A stretch of 64,000 nucleotides of DNA. Source: a plasmid. The notes beneath the pieces are model-generated. The model was not told where the DNA came from and did not search any database. It saw only the letters and a list, made by a program, of their open reading frames with translations. Location: sequence record NZ_CP110908.1. One strand, 5' to 3'. This document shows, in pieces, positions 54,364 to 63,719 of the stretch. The position numbers were made by a program, and so were the translations under genes. Positions within the stretch are counted from its first letter, which is position 1, and each line of letters begins with the position of its first letter.

Positions 54364-54609
54364 TTATGAGTAGCCCCTGAACAGAAACGTCACGATAAAA
54401 GCCGTGAACGCCACCAGGCCCATTAAATCCCTTGCGTATTTGCAGCCCGTGCTGTCCAAACCTGTACCAGGTCCGATCAACACGCTCCAACCATTGAGGT
54501 ACGAAAACACCGCCTGACCGAACAAAAAATGCGTGATAGCCGCCGCAGCCATGACGCCGGAATCGTCAGACAGGCTGTAGCTGTTGACCATTGCCCTGTA
54601 CGCCTGCAT
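54364..54609 (-). CDS. Small hypothetical hydrophobic protein (81 aa)
   Basis: ORF only. Confidence 0.25.
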   Translation of the reverse strand: MQAYRAMVNSYSLSDDSGVMAAAAITHFLFGQAVFSYLNGWSVLIGPGTGLDSTGCKYARDLMGLVAFTAFIVTFLFRGYS

Positions 54610-54895
54610 CTGAAATGGCTATTGCCCTGATGGGAGCCGGCTTTTCAGCCACCGACACCAGCGATGCCGTCAATATTCTTTACCCGATAACCATGACCGT
54701 ACAAGCTAACAAGGCCTGGCAAGCCAGCGGACTTAAAAAGTCTTTTTTTCTACCATCCCACAAAAAAGTTCGTGGTGGAGAAAAGATAAGCTATGCAAGG
54801 CTTTAGGAGACGTGGTTTTTCAGGATGACGAAGAACGATTCGGCGCTAGGTGCAACATAGGTGCATCGCACGAGCGCTAGGAACGGCGAAAAAAG

Positions 54896-55194
54896 GCGGA
54901 CGTGGCGAAATCGGTAGACGCAGCAGACTTTAAAATTGGAGTGCCCGCGGGGAAATCCGCGGAGTAGAACCGCTCAAAGTCGGGGAACGCTAACGGGCAA
55001 TACCCTAAGCCAATCCCGAGCCAAGCCCCTTCGGGGGAAGGTGTAGAGACTGGACGGGCGGCGCCTAAAGCCTTCGGGCAATGGCGAAGGGACAGTCCAG
55101 ACCACGAACGTCATCAGACGGCGGCGAAAGTCGAGGTGGTACGAAAATCTGCTTCTCTGTGAGAGTACGGGTTCGAGTCCCGTCGTCCGCACCA
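54896..55194 (+). tRNA. tRNA-Leu(UAA) interrupted by a group I intron (~213 nt, 54931-55143) in the anticodon loop
   Basis: 5' exon GCGGACGTGGCGAAATCGGTAGACGCAGCAGACTT (acceptor, Leu-type D-arm, anticodon stem GCAGA, C32 U33 U34). 3' exon AAAATCTGC-TTCTCTGTGAGAGT (long variable arm)-ACGGGTTCGAGTCCCGT-CGTCCGC-A-CCA. Intron has P1 (ACUU/GAGU with U.G), core GGTGTAGAGACTGGACGGGC similar to the Azoarcus-type IC3 intron, and ends in G before the 3' exon. Confidence 0.75.
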
Positions 55195-55287
55195 CAAAGC
55201 CAAACATCCCTGCGATGATCGACCTCTGGGCGTTTGGTCGTGAGCCCGCCACCCTCGCGCTACGCTTTGCGCAGGCGTCGAAGGCGA

Positions 55288-55830
55288 TCAGGTGCGCCCA
55301 TCGATTCCGTCGAGCACCATCGCTGCGAGTTCATCGCTGGTGTGTGCACCACTATCGAGAACACGGGTTGTGCATGGAAGCCGTTCCCTTGCGGCCAAGC
55401 ATCGGGCGACATTCGCTAATCGCCACTCTCGAATCTCCGCATTTCGATTCGGGTCAGGATGCATGGTCTGGTTCGCGATCCGGTGACGCAATAGGTCCTC
55501 GTTGAGCGTCAGAAAGATGTGCAGCAGCTGATCGTCGATCCGCCTTACCCCGTCGAGTATCTCAGTCAGATAGTCCGGGTGCACGAGCGTCATTGGGATG
55601 ATGATGTCCTGCGAGTAATTCCTTCGAATCTCCCTGACCGCCGCGATCGTAAGTCCCCTCCACAAGGGGAGATCCTGATAGTCTCCGCTCGCTGGCATGG
55701 GGACCGTTTCTTTCACCACGAACCCGATTTCCTCGGGGTCAAAGATCAGCGATTTGGAACGCCGATCGCGCAGCCGCTTAGCGAGCGTCGTCTTTCCGGC
55801 GCCGAAAGGTCCGTTGATCCAGATTATCAT
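55288..55830 (-). CDS. tmrB: Tunicamycin resistance protein TmrB (ATP-binding)
   Basis: MIIWINGPFGAGKTTLAKRL...; classic partner of aac(3)-II. Confidence 0.9.
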   Translation of the reverse strand: MIIWINGPFGAGKTTLAKRLRDRRSKSLIFDPEEIGFVVKETVPMPASGDYQDLPLWRGLTIAAVREIRRNYSQDIIIPMTLVHPDYLTEILDGVRRIDDQLLHIFLTLNEDLLRHRIANQTMHPDPNRNAEIREWRLANVARCLAARERLPCTTRVLDSGAHTSDELAAMVLDGIDGRT

Positions 55831-55842
55831 TGTCGACGGCCT

Positions 55843-56703
55843 CTAACCTGAAGGCTCGCAAGAGCGCTCGACGGCCTCGTGCGGAGGCACGATCGGAGTG
55901 GTTCCGAAATGCTTCTCAAGATAGGTGACGCCGAACGTCACGATGTCCTGCGCGTCGAACAGGTAGCACTGAGCAAAGCCCACGACACCTTCTCGATGGC
56001 GACCGAGCTTCACGTAAGCATTTGCTATAGTTTCAACCGCATCCGGCTTTCCTTCGATAGCAAAGCAATCGAGAATGCCGTTTGAATCGTAATCCGATGC
56101 CGTTTTCCAGGCGACTTCACCGTCTCTTCCAAGCATCGGCATCTCATACGTCACCCACCGTTTGTTGGGGATATCGGCAACCGCCTCGGCGTAGTGCAAT
56201 GCGGTAACGGAGTTTAGCGGCGCACCCAACAGCAGGGCCTTCCCGCCAAGGCGAACGAACCGCTCGACGGGCGATCCTTCCCCCAAGGCGTGACCGAGTT
56301 CGTGAGGCTCCGTCAGCGTTTCAGCCAGCGGACCAACCGCGACCATCGATGCATCGGGGTGCGCGCTGCGCCGCGCGCCGGGGGCTTGAACCAGAAATTG
56401 ATTCAGCAGGCCGAACCCACGGTAAGTCCCGGCTGTTGCGGGATCGAACGGCAGCCAGGTACGGCGGGCTTCGTCATCCAGCCGAGCGCCATTCAGAGTC
56501 TCCTCGTAGGGTGATCGGTCCCACGACGCGTATCCCATCACAGTGCCAGTCGGCCCAACCGCGGAGCGTAACGCGGCAACGACCGTCTCCGCTCCTCCTT
56601 CGACCGGACCAATCGCTTTAAGTGAGGCATGCACCATCAAGAGGTCACCGGTTTGGACTCCGAGTTTTTGAAGCGCCTCCGTTATTGCCTTCCGCGTATG
56701 CAT
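55843..56703 (-). CDS. aac(3)-II: Aminoglycoside 3-N-acetyltransferase AAC(3)-IIa/IIe (gentamicin/tobramycin resistance)
   Basis: MHTRKAITEALQKLGVQTGDLLMVHASLKAIGPVEGG...; start ATG at 56701-56703; the longer ORF ran into the Tn3 IRR. Confidence 0.95.
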   Translation of the reverse strand: MHTRKAITEALQKLGVQTGDLLMVHASLKAIGPVEGGAETVVAALRSAVGPTGTVMGYASWDRSPYEETLNGARLDDEARRTWLPFDPATAGTYRGFGLLNQFLVQAPGARRSAHPDASMVAVGPLAETLTEPHELGHALGEGSPVERFVRLGGKALLLGAPLNSVTALHYAEAVADIPNKRWVTYEMPMLGRDGEVAWKTASDYDSNGILDCFAIEGKPDAVETIANAYVKLGRHREGVVGFAQCYLFDAQDIVTFGVTYLEKHFGTTPIVPPHEAVERSCEPSG

Positions 56704-56737
56704 CGCGATATCTCCTCTAAACTGCAAAACACTATAC

Positions 56738-56872
56738 GGGGTCTGACGCTCAGTGGAACGAAAACTCACGTTAAGGGATTTTGGTCATGAGATTATCAAA
56801 AAGGATCTTCACCTAGATCCTTTTAAATTAAAAATGAAGTTTTAAATCAATCTAAAGTATATATGAGTAAAC
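56738..56872 (-). mobile_element. Tn2/Tn3 IRR fragment (135 bp) upstream of aac(3)-II, truncated by IS26
   Basis: Identical to 49864-49998 (IRR through ...TATATATGAGTAAAC). Confidence 0.9.
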
Positions 56873-57692
56873 GGCACTGTTGCAAATAGTCGGTGGTGAT
56901 AAACTTATCATCCCCTTTTGCTGATGGAGCTGCACATGAACCCATTCAAAGGCCGGCATTTTCAGCGTGACATCATTCTGTGGGCCGTACGCTGGTACTG
57001 CAAATACGGCATCAGTTACCGTGAGCTGCAGGAGATGCTGGCTGAACGCGGAGTGAATGTCGATCACTCCACGATTTACCGCTGGGTTCAGCGTTATGCG
57101 CCTGAAATGGAAAAACGGCTGCGCTGGTACTGGCGTAACCCTTCCGATCTTTGCCCGTGGCACATGGATGAAACCTACGTGAAGGTCAATGGCCGCTGGG
57201 CGTATCTGTACCGGGCCGTCGACAGCCGGGGCCGCACTGTCGATTTTTATCTCTCCTCCCGTCGTAACAGCAAAGCTGCATACCGGTTTCTGGGTAAAAT
57301 CCTCAACAACGTGAAGAAGTGGCAGATCCCGCGATTCATCAACACGGATAAAGCGCCCGCCTATGGTCGCGCGCTTGCTCTGCTCAAACGCGAAGGCCGG
57401 TGCCCGTCTGACGTTGAACACCGACAGATTAAGTACCGGAACAACGTGATTGAATGCGATCATGGCAAACTGAAACGGATAATCGGCGCCACGCTGGGAT
57501 TTAAATCCATGAAGACGGCTTACGCCACCATCAAAGGTATTGAGGTGATGCGTGCACTACGCAAAGGCCAGGCCTCAGCATTTTATTATGGTGATCCCCT
57601 GGGCGAAATGCGCCTGGTAAGCAGAGTTTTTGAAATGTAAGGCCTTTGAATAAGACAAAAGGCTGCCTCATCGCTAACTTTGCAACAGTGCC
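56873..57692 (+). mobile_element. IS26 (820 bp)
   Basis: 14-bp IRs GGCACTGTTGCAAA at 56873-56886 and 57679-57692. Confidence 0.95.
56936..57640 (+). CDS. tnp26: IS26 transposase Tnp26
   Basis: MNPFKGRHFQRDIILWAVRWYCKYGISYRELQEM..., 234 aa. Confidence 0.95.
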   Translation: MNPFKGRHFQRDIILWAVRWYCKYGISYRELQEMLAERGVNVDHSTIYRWVQRYAPEMEKRLRWYWRNPSDLCPWHMDETYVKVNGRWAYLYRAVDSRGRTVDFYLSSRRNSKAAYRFLGKILNNVKKWQIPRFINTDKAPAYGRALALLKREGRCPSDVEHRQIKYRNNVIECDHGKLKRIIGATLGFKSMKTAYATIKGIEVMRALRKGQASAFYYGDPLGEMRLVSRVFEM

Positions 57693-57761
57693 GGATTGAA
57701 TATAACCGACGTGACTGTTACATTTAGGTGGCTAAACCCGTCAAGCCCTCAGGAGTGAATC

Positions 57762-58667
57762 ATGACCGTAGTCACGACCGCCGATACCTCCCAACTGTAC
57801 GCACTTGCAGCCCGACATGGGCTCAAGCTCCATGGCCCGCTGACTGTCAATGAGCTTGGGCTCGACTATAGGATCGTGATCGCCACCGTCGACGATGGAC
57901 GTCGGTGGGTGCTGCGCATCCCGCGCCGAGCCGAGGTAAGCGCGAAGGTCGAACCAGAGGCGCGGGTGCTGGCAATGCTCAAGAATCGCCTGCCGTTCGC
58001 GGTGCCGGACTGGCGCGTGGCCAACGCCGAGCTCGTTGCCTATCCCATGCTCGAAGACTCGACTGCGATGGTCATCCAGCCTGGTTCGTCCACGCCCGAC
58101 TGGGTCGTGCCGCAGGACTCGGAGGTCTTCGCGGAGAGCTTCGCGACCGCGCTCGCCGCCCTGCATGCCGTCCCCATTTCCGCCGCCGTGGATGCGGGGA
58201 TGCTCATCCGTACACCGACGCAGGCCCGTCAGAAGGTGGCCGACGACGTTGACCGCGTCCGACGCGAGTTCGTGGTGAACGACAAGCGCCTCCACCGGTG
58301 GCAGCGCTGGCTCGACGACGATTCGTCGTGGCCAGATTTCTCCGTGGTGGTGCATGGCGATCTCTACGTGGGCCATGTGCTCATCGACAACACGGAGCGC
58401 GTCAGCGGGATGATCGACTGGAGCGAGGCCCGCGTTGATGACCCTGCCATCGACATGGCCGCGCACCTTATGGTCTTTGGTGAAGAGGGGCTCGCGAAGC
58501 TCCTCCTCACGTATGAAGCGGCCGGTGGCCGGGTGTGGCCGCGGCTCGCCCACCACATCGCGGAGCGCCTTGCGTTCGGGGCGGTCACCTACGCACTCTT
58601 CGCCCTCGACTCGGGTAACGAAGAGTACCTCGCTGCGGCGAAGGCGCAGCTCGCCGCAGCGGAATGA
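57762..58667 (+). CDS. mph(A): Macrolide 2'-phosphotransferase Mph(A)
   Basis: MTVVTTADTSQLYALAARHGLKLHGPLTVNELGLDYRIVIATV..., 301 aa. Confidence 0.95.
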   Translation: MTVVTTADTSQLYALAARHGLKLHGPLTVNELGLDYRIVIATVDDGRRWVLRIPRRAEVSAKVEPEARVLAMLKNRLPFAVPDWRVANAELVAYPMLEDSTAMVIQPGSSTPDWVVPQDSEVFAESFATALAALHAVPISAAVDAGMLIRTPTQARQKVADDVDRVRREFVVNDKRLHRWQRWLDDDSSWPDFSVVVHGDLYVGHVLIDNTERVSGMIDWSEARVDDPAIDMAAHLMVFGEEGLAKLLLTYEAAGGRVWPRLAHHIAERLAFGAVTYALFALDSGNEEYLAAAKAQLAAAE

Positions 58668-59902
58668 GCGAACGTCGATATAGCCCGCTCGCGACGCTGT
58701 TCGCGGCGACCTTTCTCTTCCGGATCGGCAACGCGGTGGCGGCCCTCGCGCTTCCATGGTTCGTCCTGTCTCATACAAAGAGCGCGGCCTGGGCGGGCGC
58801 CACGGCCGCTAGCAGCGTCATCGCGACCATCATCGGCGCGTGGGTTGGTGGTGGCCTCGTCGATCGGTTCGGGCGCGCGCCCGTCGCATTGATCTCGGGT
58901 GTGGTGGGCGGCGTGGCCATGGCGAGCATCCCACTGCTCGATGCCGTTGGCGCCCTCTCGAACACTGGGCTGATCGCTTGCGTGGTGCTCGGTGCCGCGT
59001 TCGACGCACCCGGTATGGCCGCGCAGGACAGTGAGCTGCCCAAACTCGGCCACGTCGCCGGGCTCTCCGTTGAGCGCGTCTCGTCACTGAAAGCGGTGAT
59101 CGGGAACGTCGCGATTCTAGGTGGCCCGGCCCTTGGGGGGGCCGCAATCGGCCTGCTTGGCGCTGCGCCAACGCTCGGGCTGACGGCGTTCTGCTCCGTC
59201 CTTGCAGGTCTGCTCGGCGCGTGGGTGCTTCCCGCGCGTGCCGCTCGGACGATGACCACGACGGCGACTCTCTCCATGCGCGCCGGCGTCGCTTTTCTCT
59301 GGAGCGAACCCCTGCTGCGCCCTCTCTTTGGTATAGTGATGATCTTCGTGGGCATCGTTGGCGCCAACGGCAGCGTCATCATGCCTGCGCTGTTTGTAGA
59401 TGCAGGACGCCAAGTAGCAGAGCTCGGGCTGTTCTCCTCAATGATGGGGGCTGGTGGTCTCCTTGGCATTGCCATTCATGCGTCGGTCGGCGCCCGGATA
59501 TCAGCGCAGAACTGGCTGGCGGTGGCATTTTGTGGCTCTGCGGTGGGCTCGCTTCTGCTTTCACAGTTGCCAGGCGTGCCGGTGCTGATGTTGTTGGGCG
59601 CGCTCGTGGGACTGCTGACCGGCTCAGTCTCTCCCATTCTCAACGCTGCCATCTACAACCGCACGCCGCCAGAACTTCTCGGCCGGGTACTCGGCACGGT
59701 CTCGGCGGTGATGCTGTCAGCCTCGCCCATGGTTATGCTTGCGGCCGGCGCGTTTGTCGACCTTGCTGGTCCGCTCCCTGGCCTCGTTGTATCGGCCGTG
59801 TTTGCGGGGCTCGTGGCTCTACTCTCGCTCCGTCTTCAATTTGCTACAATGGCGGCGGCAGCCACAGCCTCCGCCCCAACCCATACAGAAGGTGAACACT
59901 GA
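58664..59902 (+). CDS. mrx: MFS transporter Mrx(A)
   Basis: 412 aa, multi-TM; overlaps the mphA stop and mphR start. Confidence 0.9.
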   Translation: MSERRYSPLATLFAATFLFRIGNAVAALALPWFVLSHTKSAAWAGATAASSVIATIIGAWVGGGLVDRFGRAPVALISGVVGGVAMASIPLLDAVGALSNTGLIACVVLGAAFDAPGMAAQDSELPKLGHVAGLSVERVSSLKAVIGNVAILGGPALGGAAIGLLGAAPTLGLTAFCSVLAGLLGAWVLPARAARTMTTTATLSMRAGVAFLWSEPLLRPLFGIVMIFVGIVGANGSVIMPALFVDAGRQVAELGLFSSMMGAGGLLGIAIHASVGARISAQNWLAVAFCGSAVGSLLLSQLPGVPVLMLLGALVGLLTGSVSPILNAAIYNRTPPELLGRVLGTVSAVMLSASPMVMLAAGAFVDLAGPLPGLVVSAVFAGLVALLSLRLQFATMAAAATASAPTHTEGEH

Positions 59903-60486
59903 TGCCCCGCCCCAAGCTCAAGTCCGATGACGAGGTACTCGAGGCCGCCACCGTAGTGCTGAAGCGTTGCGGTCCCATAGAGTTCACGCTCAGCGGAGTA
60001 GCAAAGGAGGTGGGGCTCTCCCGCGCAGCGTTAATCCAGCGCTTCACCAACCGCGATACGCTGCTGGTGAGGATGATGGAGCGCGGCGTCGAGCAGGTGC
60101 GGCATTACCTGAATGCGATACCGATAGGCGCAGGGCCGCAAGGGCTCTGGGAATTTTTGCAGGTGCTCGTTCGGAGCATGAACACTCGCAACGACTTCTC
60201 GGTGAACTATCTCATCTCCTGGTACGAGCTCCAGGTGCCGGAGCTACGCACGCTTGCGATCCAGCGGAACCGCGCGGTGGTGGAGGGGATCCGCAAGCGA
60301 CTGCCCCCAGGTGCTCCTGCGGCAGCTGAGTTGCTCCTGCACTCGGTCATCGCTGGCGCGACGATGCAGTGGGCCGTCGATCCGGATGGTGAGCTAGCTG
60401 ATCATGTGCTGGCTCAGATCGCTGCCATCCTGTGTTTAATGTTTCCCGAACACGACGATTTCCAACTCCTCCAGGCACATGCGTAA
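59902..60486 (+). CDS. mphR(A): TetR-family repressor MphR(A)
   Basis: 194 aa, N-terminal HTH (FTLSGVAKEVGLSRAALIQRF). Confidence 0.9.
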   Translation: MPRPKLKSDDEVLEAATVVLKRCGPIEFTLSGVAKEVGLSRAALIQRFTNRDTLLVRMMERGVEQVRHYLNAIPIGAGPQGLWEFLQVLVRSMNTRNDFSVNYLISWYELQVPELRTLAIQRNRAVVEGIRKRLPPGAPAAAELLLHSVIAGATMQWAVDPDGELADHVLAQIAAILCLMFPEHDDFQLLQAHA

Positions 60487-60924
60487 ACGGAGGTGTGCAG
60501 AGTCCCTGCGGCAGGCGACGAACACGACCGTCGTCGATTAGTACCGGTACGGTCGGTGGTATCGAAGTCTTGATCACCACTCAGGTCTACGGCTTACAAA
60601 TGGTGACCATCCCGATACTTGCGTCAGAGCACCGGGCCGATTCTTTGACAGTGAATCACTCCCGTAAGGTTGTGCCGGTGTGGGTGTCCCGGGTCGAGAC
60701 GATACTCCGCCAATGCGCCCAGCAAACAACCTGGCCATCGCAGGTGGTGGGGAGCGGTGTGGCGGATGAGTTGGACAAGTTGGTGTAGCAGCACGAGCAC
60801 GGCGAGATAACATCGCAGGAGTTCGACATGCTCAAGAGACAGCTGATTGCGAATCGCGATGCAGATTCATAACCCGATTGCGGGTTGGCTTCACTCCACC
60901 ATCACCGAGCAGACTAGCACGGCG

Positions 60925-61804
60925 GGCTCTGTTGCAAAGATTGGCGGCAGTCAGAGGTAGGCTGTCGCTCTGCGCCGATCAGGCGGCTGCTGCGAAATGG
61001 TGGTTGAGCATGCCCATGGCCTCCGTCAGCGCCGAGGGCCCAATGCCAAAAGCTCTCTCCACAAGGCGCACCTCGCCCCTGATGCCGGGCTGCAGGCACC
61101 AGGGGCGAGCCTGTCCTTTGCGCAGGGCTCGCATGACTTCGAATCCCTTGATCGTGGCATAGGCCGTGGGGATCGATTTGAAACCGCGCACCGGCTTGAT
61201 CAGTATCTTGAGCTTTCCGTGATCGGCCTCGATCACGTTATTGAGATACTTCACCTGCCGGTGGGCCGTCTCCCGGTCCAGCTTTCCTTCGCGCTTCAAT
61301 TCGGTGATCGCTGCACCATAGCTCGGCGCTTTGTCGGTATTGAGCGTGGCAGGCTTTTCCCAGTGCTTCAGGCCTCGCAGGGCCTTGCCCAGGAACCGCT
61401 TCGCTGCCTTGGCGCTGCGGGTCGGCGACAGGTAGAAATCGATCGTGTCGCCCCGCTTGTCGACTGCCCGGTACAGGTAGGTCCACTTGCCCCGCACCTT
61501 GACGTAGGTTTCATCCAGGCGCCAGCTCGGATCAAAGCCACGCCGCCAGAACCAGCGCAGCCGCTTCTCCATCTCCGGGGCGTAGCACTGGACCCAGCGA
61601 TAGATCGTCGTATGGTCGACCGAAATGCCGCGTTCCGCCAGCATTTCCTCAAGGTCGCGATAGCTGATCGGATAGCGACAATACCAGCGCACCGCCCACA
61701 GGATCACATCACCCTGGAAATGGCGCCACTTGAAATCCGTCATCGTTCCGTCCGTCCAATCTCCGCCAAGCATGCTCAAGCTTCACGATTTTTGCAACAG
61801 AGCC
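60925..61804 (-). mobile_element. IS6100 (IS6 family, 880 bp)
   Basis: IRs GGCTCTGTTGCAAA at 60925-60938 and 61791-61804. Confidence 0.9.
60979..61743 (-). CDS. IS6100 transposase
   Basis: MTDFKWRHFQGDVILWAVRWYCRYPISYRDLEEMLAERGISVDHTTIYRWV..., 254 aa. Confidence 0.9.
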   Translation of the reverse strand: MTDFKWRHFQGDVILWAVRWYCRYPISYRDLEEMLAERGISVDHTTIYRWVQCYAPEMEKRLRWFWRRGFDPSWRLDETYVKVRGKWTYLYRAVDKRGDTIDFYLSPTRSAKAAKRFLGKALRGLKHWEKPATLNTDKAPSYGAAITELKREGKLDRETAHRQVKYLNNVIEADHGKLKILIKPVRGFKSIPTAYATIKGFEVMRALRKGQARPWCLQPGIRGEVRLVERAFGIGPSALTEAMGMLNHHFAAAA

Positions 61805-61969
61805 CACACGAGTATTGAGCATAGTCGAGATTGGTGCAGATCACTTCTGATATTGAACTGTCAGGAGCTGGCTGCACAACAGCCATTACGCCCAATCAAC
61901 TGGTGCAGTCGTCTTCTGAAAATGACAATCCAGTTAGGGTATAGCTCAACCTGACATAGAAGCAAAAAC

Positions 61970-62275
61970 TCAACCACCTTCTACCAACTCTCCGAACAGC
62001 TCCTTGACCTTTGTTTTCGCATCAGCAAGTGCAGTTCTGCCTTGTTCAGTGATGTCATAAACACGCCGTTCACGTCGCCCGGTGCGTTCGTGGCGTGAGG
62101 TCAGATAGCCTTTTTTTTCCAGGCCGTGCAGCATCGGGTACACGGTGCCAGCGCTCATCTCGTAGCCGTGTCGGCGTAGCTCTTCGATGATCCCCAGCCC
62201 AAAGACAGGTTCCTCGGCTGCATGGTGAAGGATGTGCAGGCGGATCAAACCGCCGTAGAGGTCTTTGTCAGTCAT
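61970..62275 (-). CDS. padR: PadR-family transcriptional regulator
   Basis: 101 aa (LHILHHAAEEPVFGLGIIEEL...GTVYPMLHGLEKKGYL). Confidence 0.8.
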   Translation of the reverse strand: MTDKDLYGGLIRLHILHHAAEEPVFGLGIIEELRRHGYEMSAGTVYPMLHGLEKKGYLTSRHERTGRRERRVYDITEQGRTALADAKTKVKELFGELVEGG

Positions 62276-62285
62276 TTTTTGTGCC

Positions 62286-63491
62286 TCACAGAGCGACGCT
62301 CAACAGCCACCCAGCTGCACCGCTACCGAGGACAACCAGCCACGGCGGGAGCTTCCAGAACATAAGTGCGACAAGGGCAACTAATGCCAAGCCGAAGTCT
62401 TGCGGCTGAAAGATGGCGCTAGTCCATACAGGCTGATACAGCGCGGCCAGCAGCAAGCCGACTACAGCGGCATTGATCCCGGCCAGCGCAGCTTGGATGC
62501 CTGTATTGCGGCGCAAACGCTCCCAAAATGGCATTGATCCGACGACCAGCAAGAACGAGGGCGCGAAGATAGCCAGCAGACACACAATGCCGCCGATCCA
62601 GCCCGACGGGGCGGTGTTCATCGAGGCACCAAGAAACGCGGCGAACGTGAACAAAGGGCCGGGCACCGCTTGAGCTGCCCCGTACCCCGCGAGAAAGGAT
62701 TCATTGTTGACCCAGCCGGAGGGCACCACTTCGGCTTGCAGTAATGGCAGCACAACGTGACCACCGCCGAACACCAGTGATCCGACACGATAGAAGGAAT
62801 CCACCATTGCCATGGTTTGACTTGGCATCAGTTCGGCCAACACCGGCAGGCCAATCAGCAAGACAAAGAACAGCGAGAGCCAAAGCACGCCGGCCCGGTG
62901 ACTGACCGTGATAGGTAGGGGGTCATGCTCAACAACTTTCGCTGGCTTGAACAATAACCGGCCTGCGATGCCTGCGATAGCAATCACGCCAACCTGTCCC
63001 CACGCGGACGGCACAAGTAAAACGACGCAGGTAGCAATTGCCATGATGGTGACTCGCAGCCCATCCGTGCATAGGTTACGCGCCATGCCCCATACTGCTT
63101 GAGCGACCACGGCCACAGCCACCACTTTTAAGCCATGCAACGCGCCCTGCGAGACGTAATCGCCATAGCTGGAGATGCCGAGCGCAAAAAGGATCAAGGC
63201 TATGGCAGACGGCAGCGTGAAGCCAGCCCAAGCAGCCAGCGCCCCGCTGTATCCAGCCCGAGACAGTCCTACCGCTATGCCGACCTGGCTGCTTGCAGGC
63301 CCTGGCAAGAACTGACAAAGCGCGACCAAGTCAGCATAGCTCCGTTCGGAGAGCCAGCGCCGCCGTGTGACAAATTCGGCGCGGAAGTAGCCCAAGTGCG
63401 CAATGGGGCCGCCAAAAGATGTCAATCCAAGCCGCAGAAAAATAAGAAAGACCGACCATGGTCTGCTGTCATCGGTAGGGTTATTCGTCAT
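62286..63491 (-). CDS. chrA: Chromate efflux transporter ChrA
   Basis: 401 aa, two CHR domains (FLRLGLTSFGGPIAHLGY..., VGSLVFGGGHVVLPLL). Confidence 0.9.
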   Translation of the reverse strand: MTNNPTDDSRPWSVFLIFLRLGLTSFGGPIAHLGYFRAEFVTRRRWLSERSYADLVALCQFLPGPASSQVGIAVGLSRAGYSGALAAWAGFTLPSAIALILFALGISSYGDYVSQGALHGLKVVAVAVVAQAVWGMARNLCTDGLRVTIMAIATCVVLLVPSAWGQVGVIAIAGIAGRLLFKPAKVVEHDPLPITVSHRAGVLWLSLFFVLLIGLPVLAELMPSQTMAMVDSFYRVGSLVFGGGHVVLPLLQAEVVPSGWVNNESFLAGYGAAQAVPGPLFTFAAFLGASMNTAPSGWIGGIVCLLAIFAPSFLLVVGSMPFWERLRRNTGIQAALAGINAAVVGLLLAALYQPVWTSAIFQPQDFGLALVALVALMFWKLPPWLVVLGSGAAGWLLSVAL

Positions 63492-63719
63492 ACTTTCGCC
63501 TTCATGATCTGCAACGAGTTGATCAATAATAAGCGAAATTCGATAACGAAATTCGATATAAATCTAGAAAAAAATACCTCTATGTGTACTACGCAGTTTT
63601 AGCTGTGGCTTTCACAGGAGCACGCTTACTTACGGCTTAGCGTGCTTTATTTAATGAGATGGTCACTCCCTCCTTCCCGGTACTATGCTGAGGACAGGCT
63701 TTCATTCGGAGAACTATCA

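Noticed and set aside
54974-55252. 92-aa minus-strand ORF
   Set aside because: Overlaps the group I intron and the tRNA 3' exon. The RNA structure explains the sequence.
56704-56769. N-terminal extension [22 protein letters not shown] on AAC(3)-II
   Set aside because: The extension is simply the Tn3 IRR read through. The same peptide appears at 49611-49895. The true start is the MHTRKAIT ATG.
57741-59475. 345-aa and 234-aa minus-strand ORFs
   Set aside because: Antisense to mph(A) and mrx in GC-rich DNA; the sense strand encodes exact known resistance proteins.
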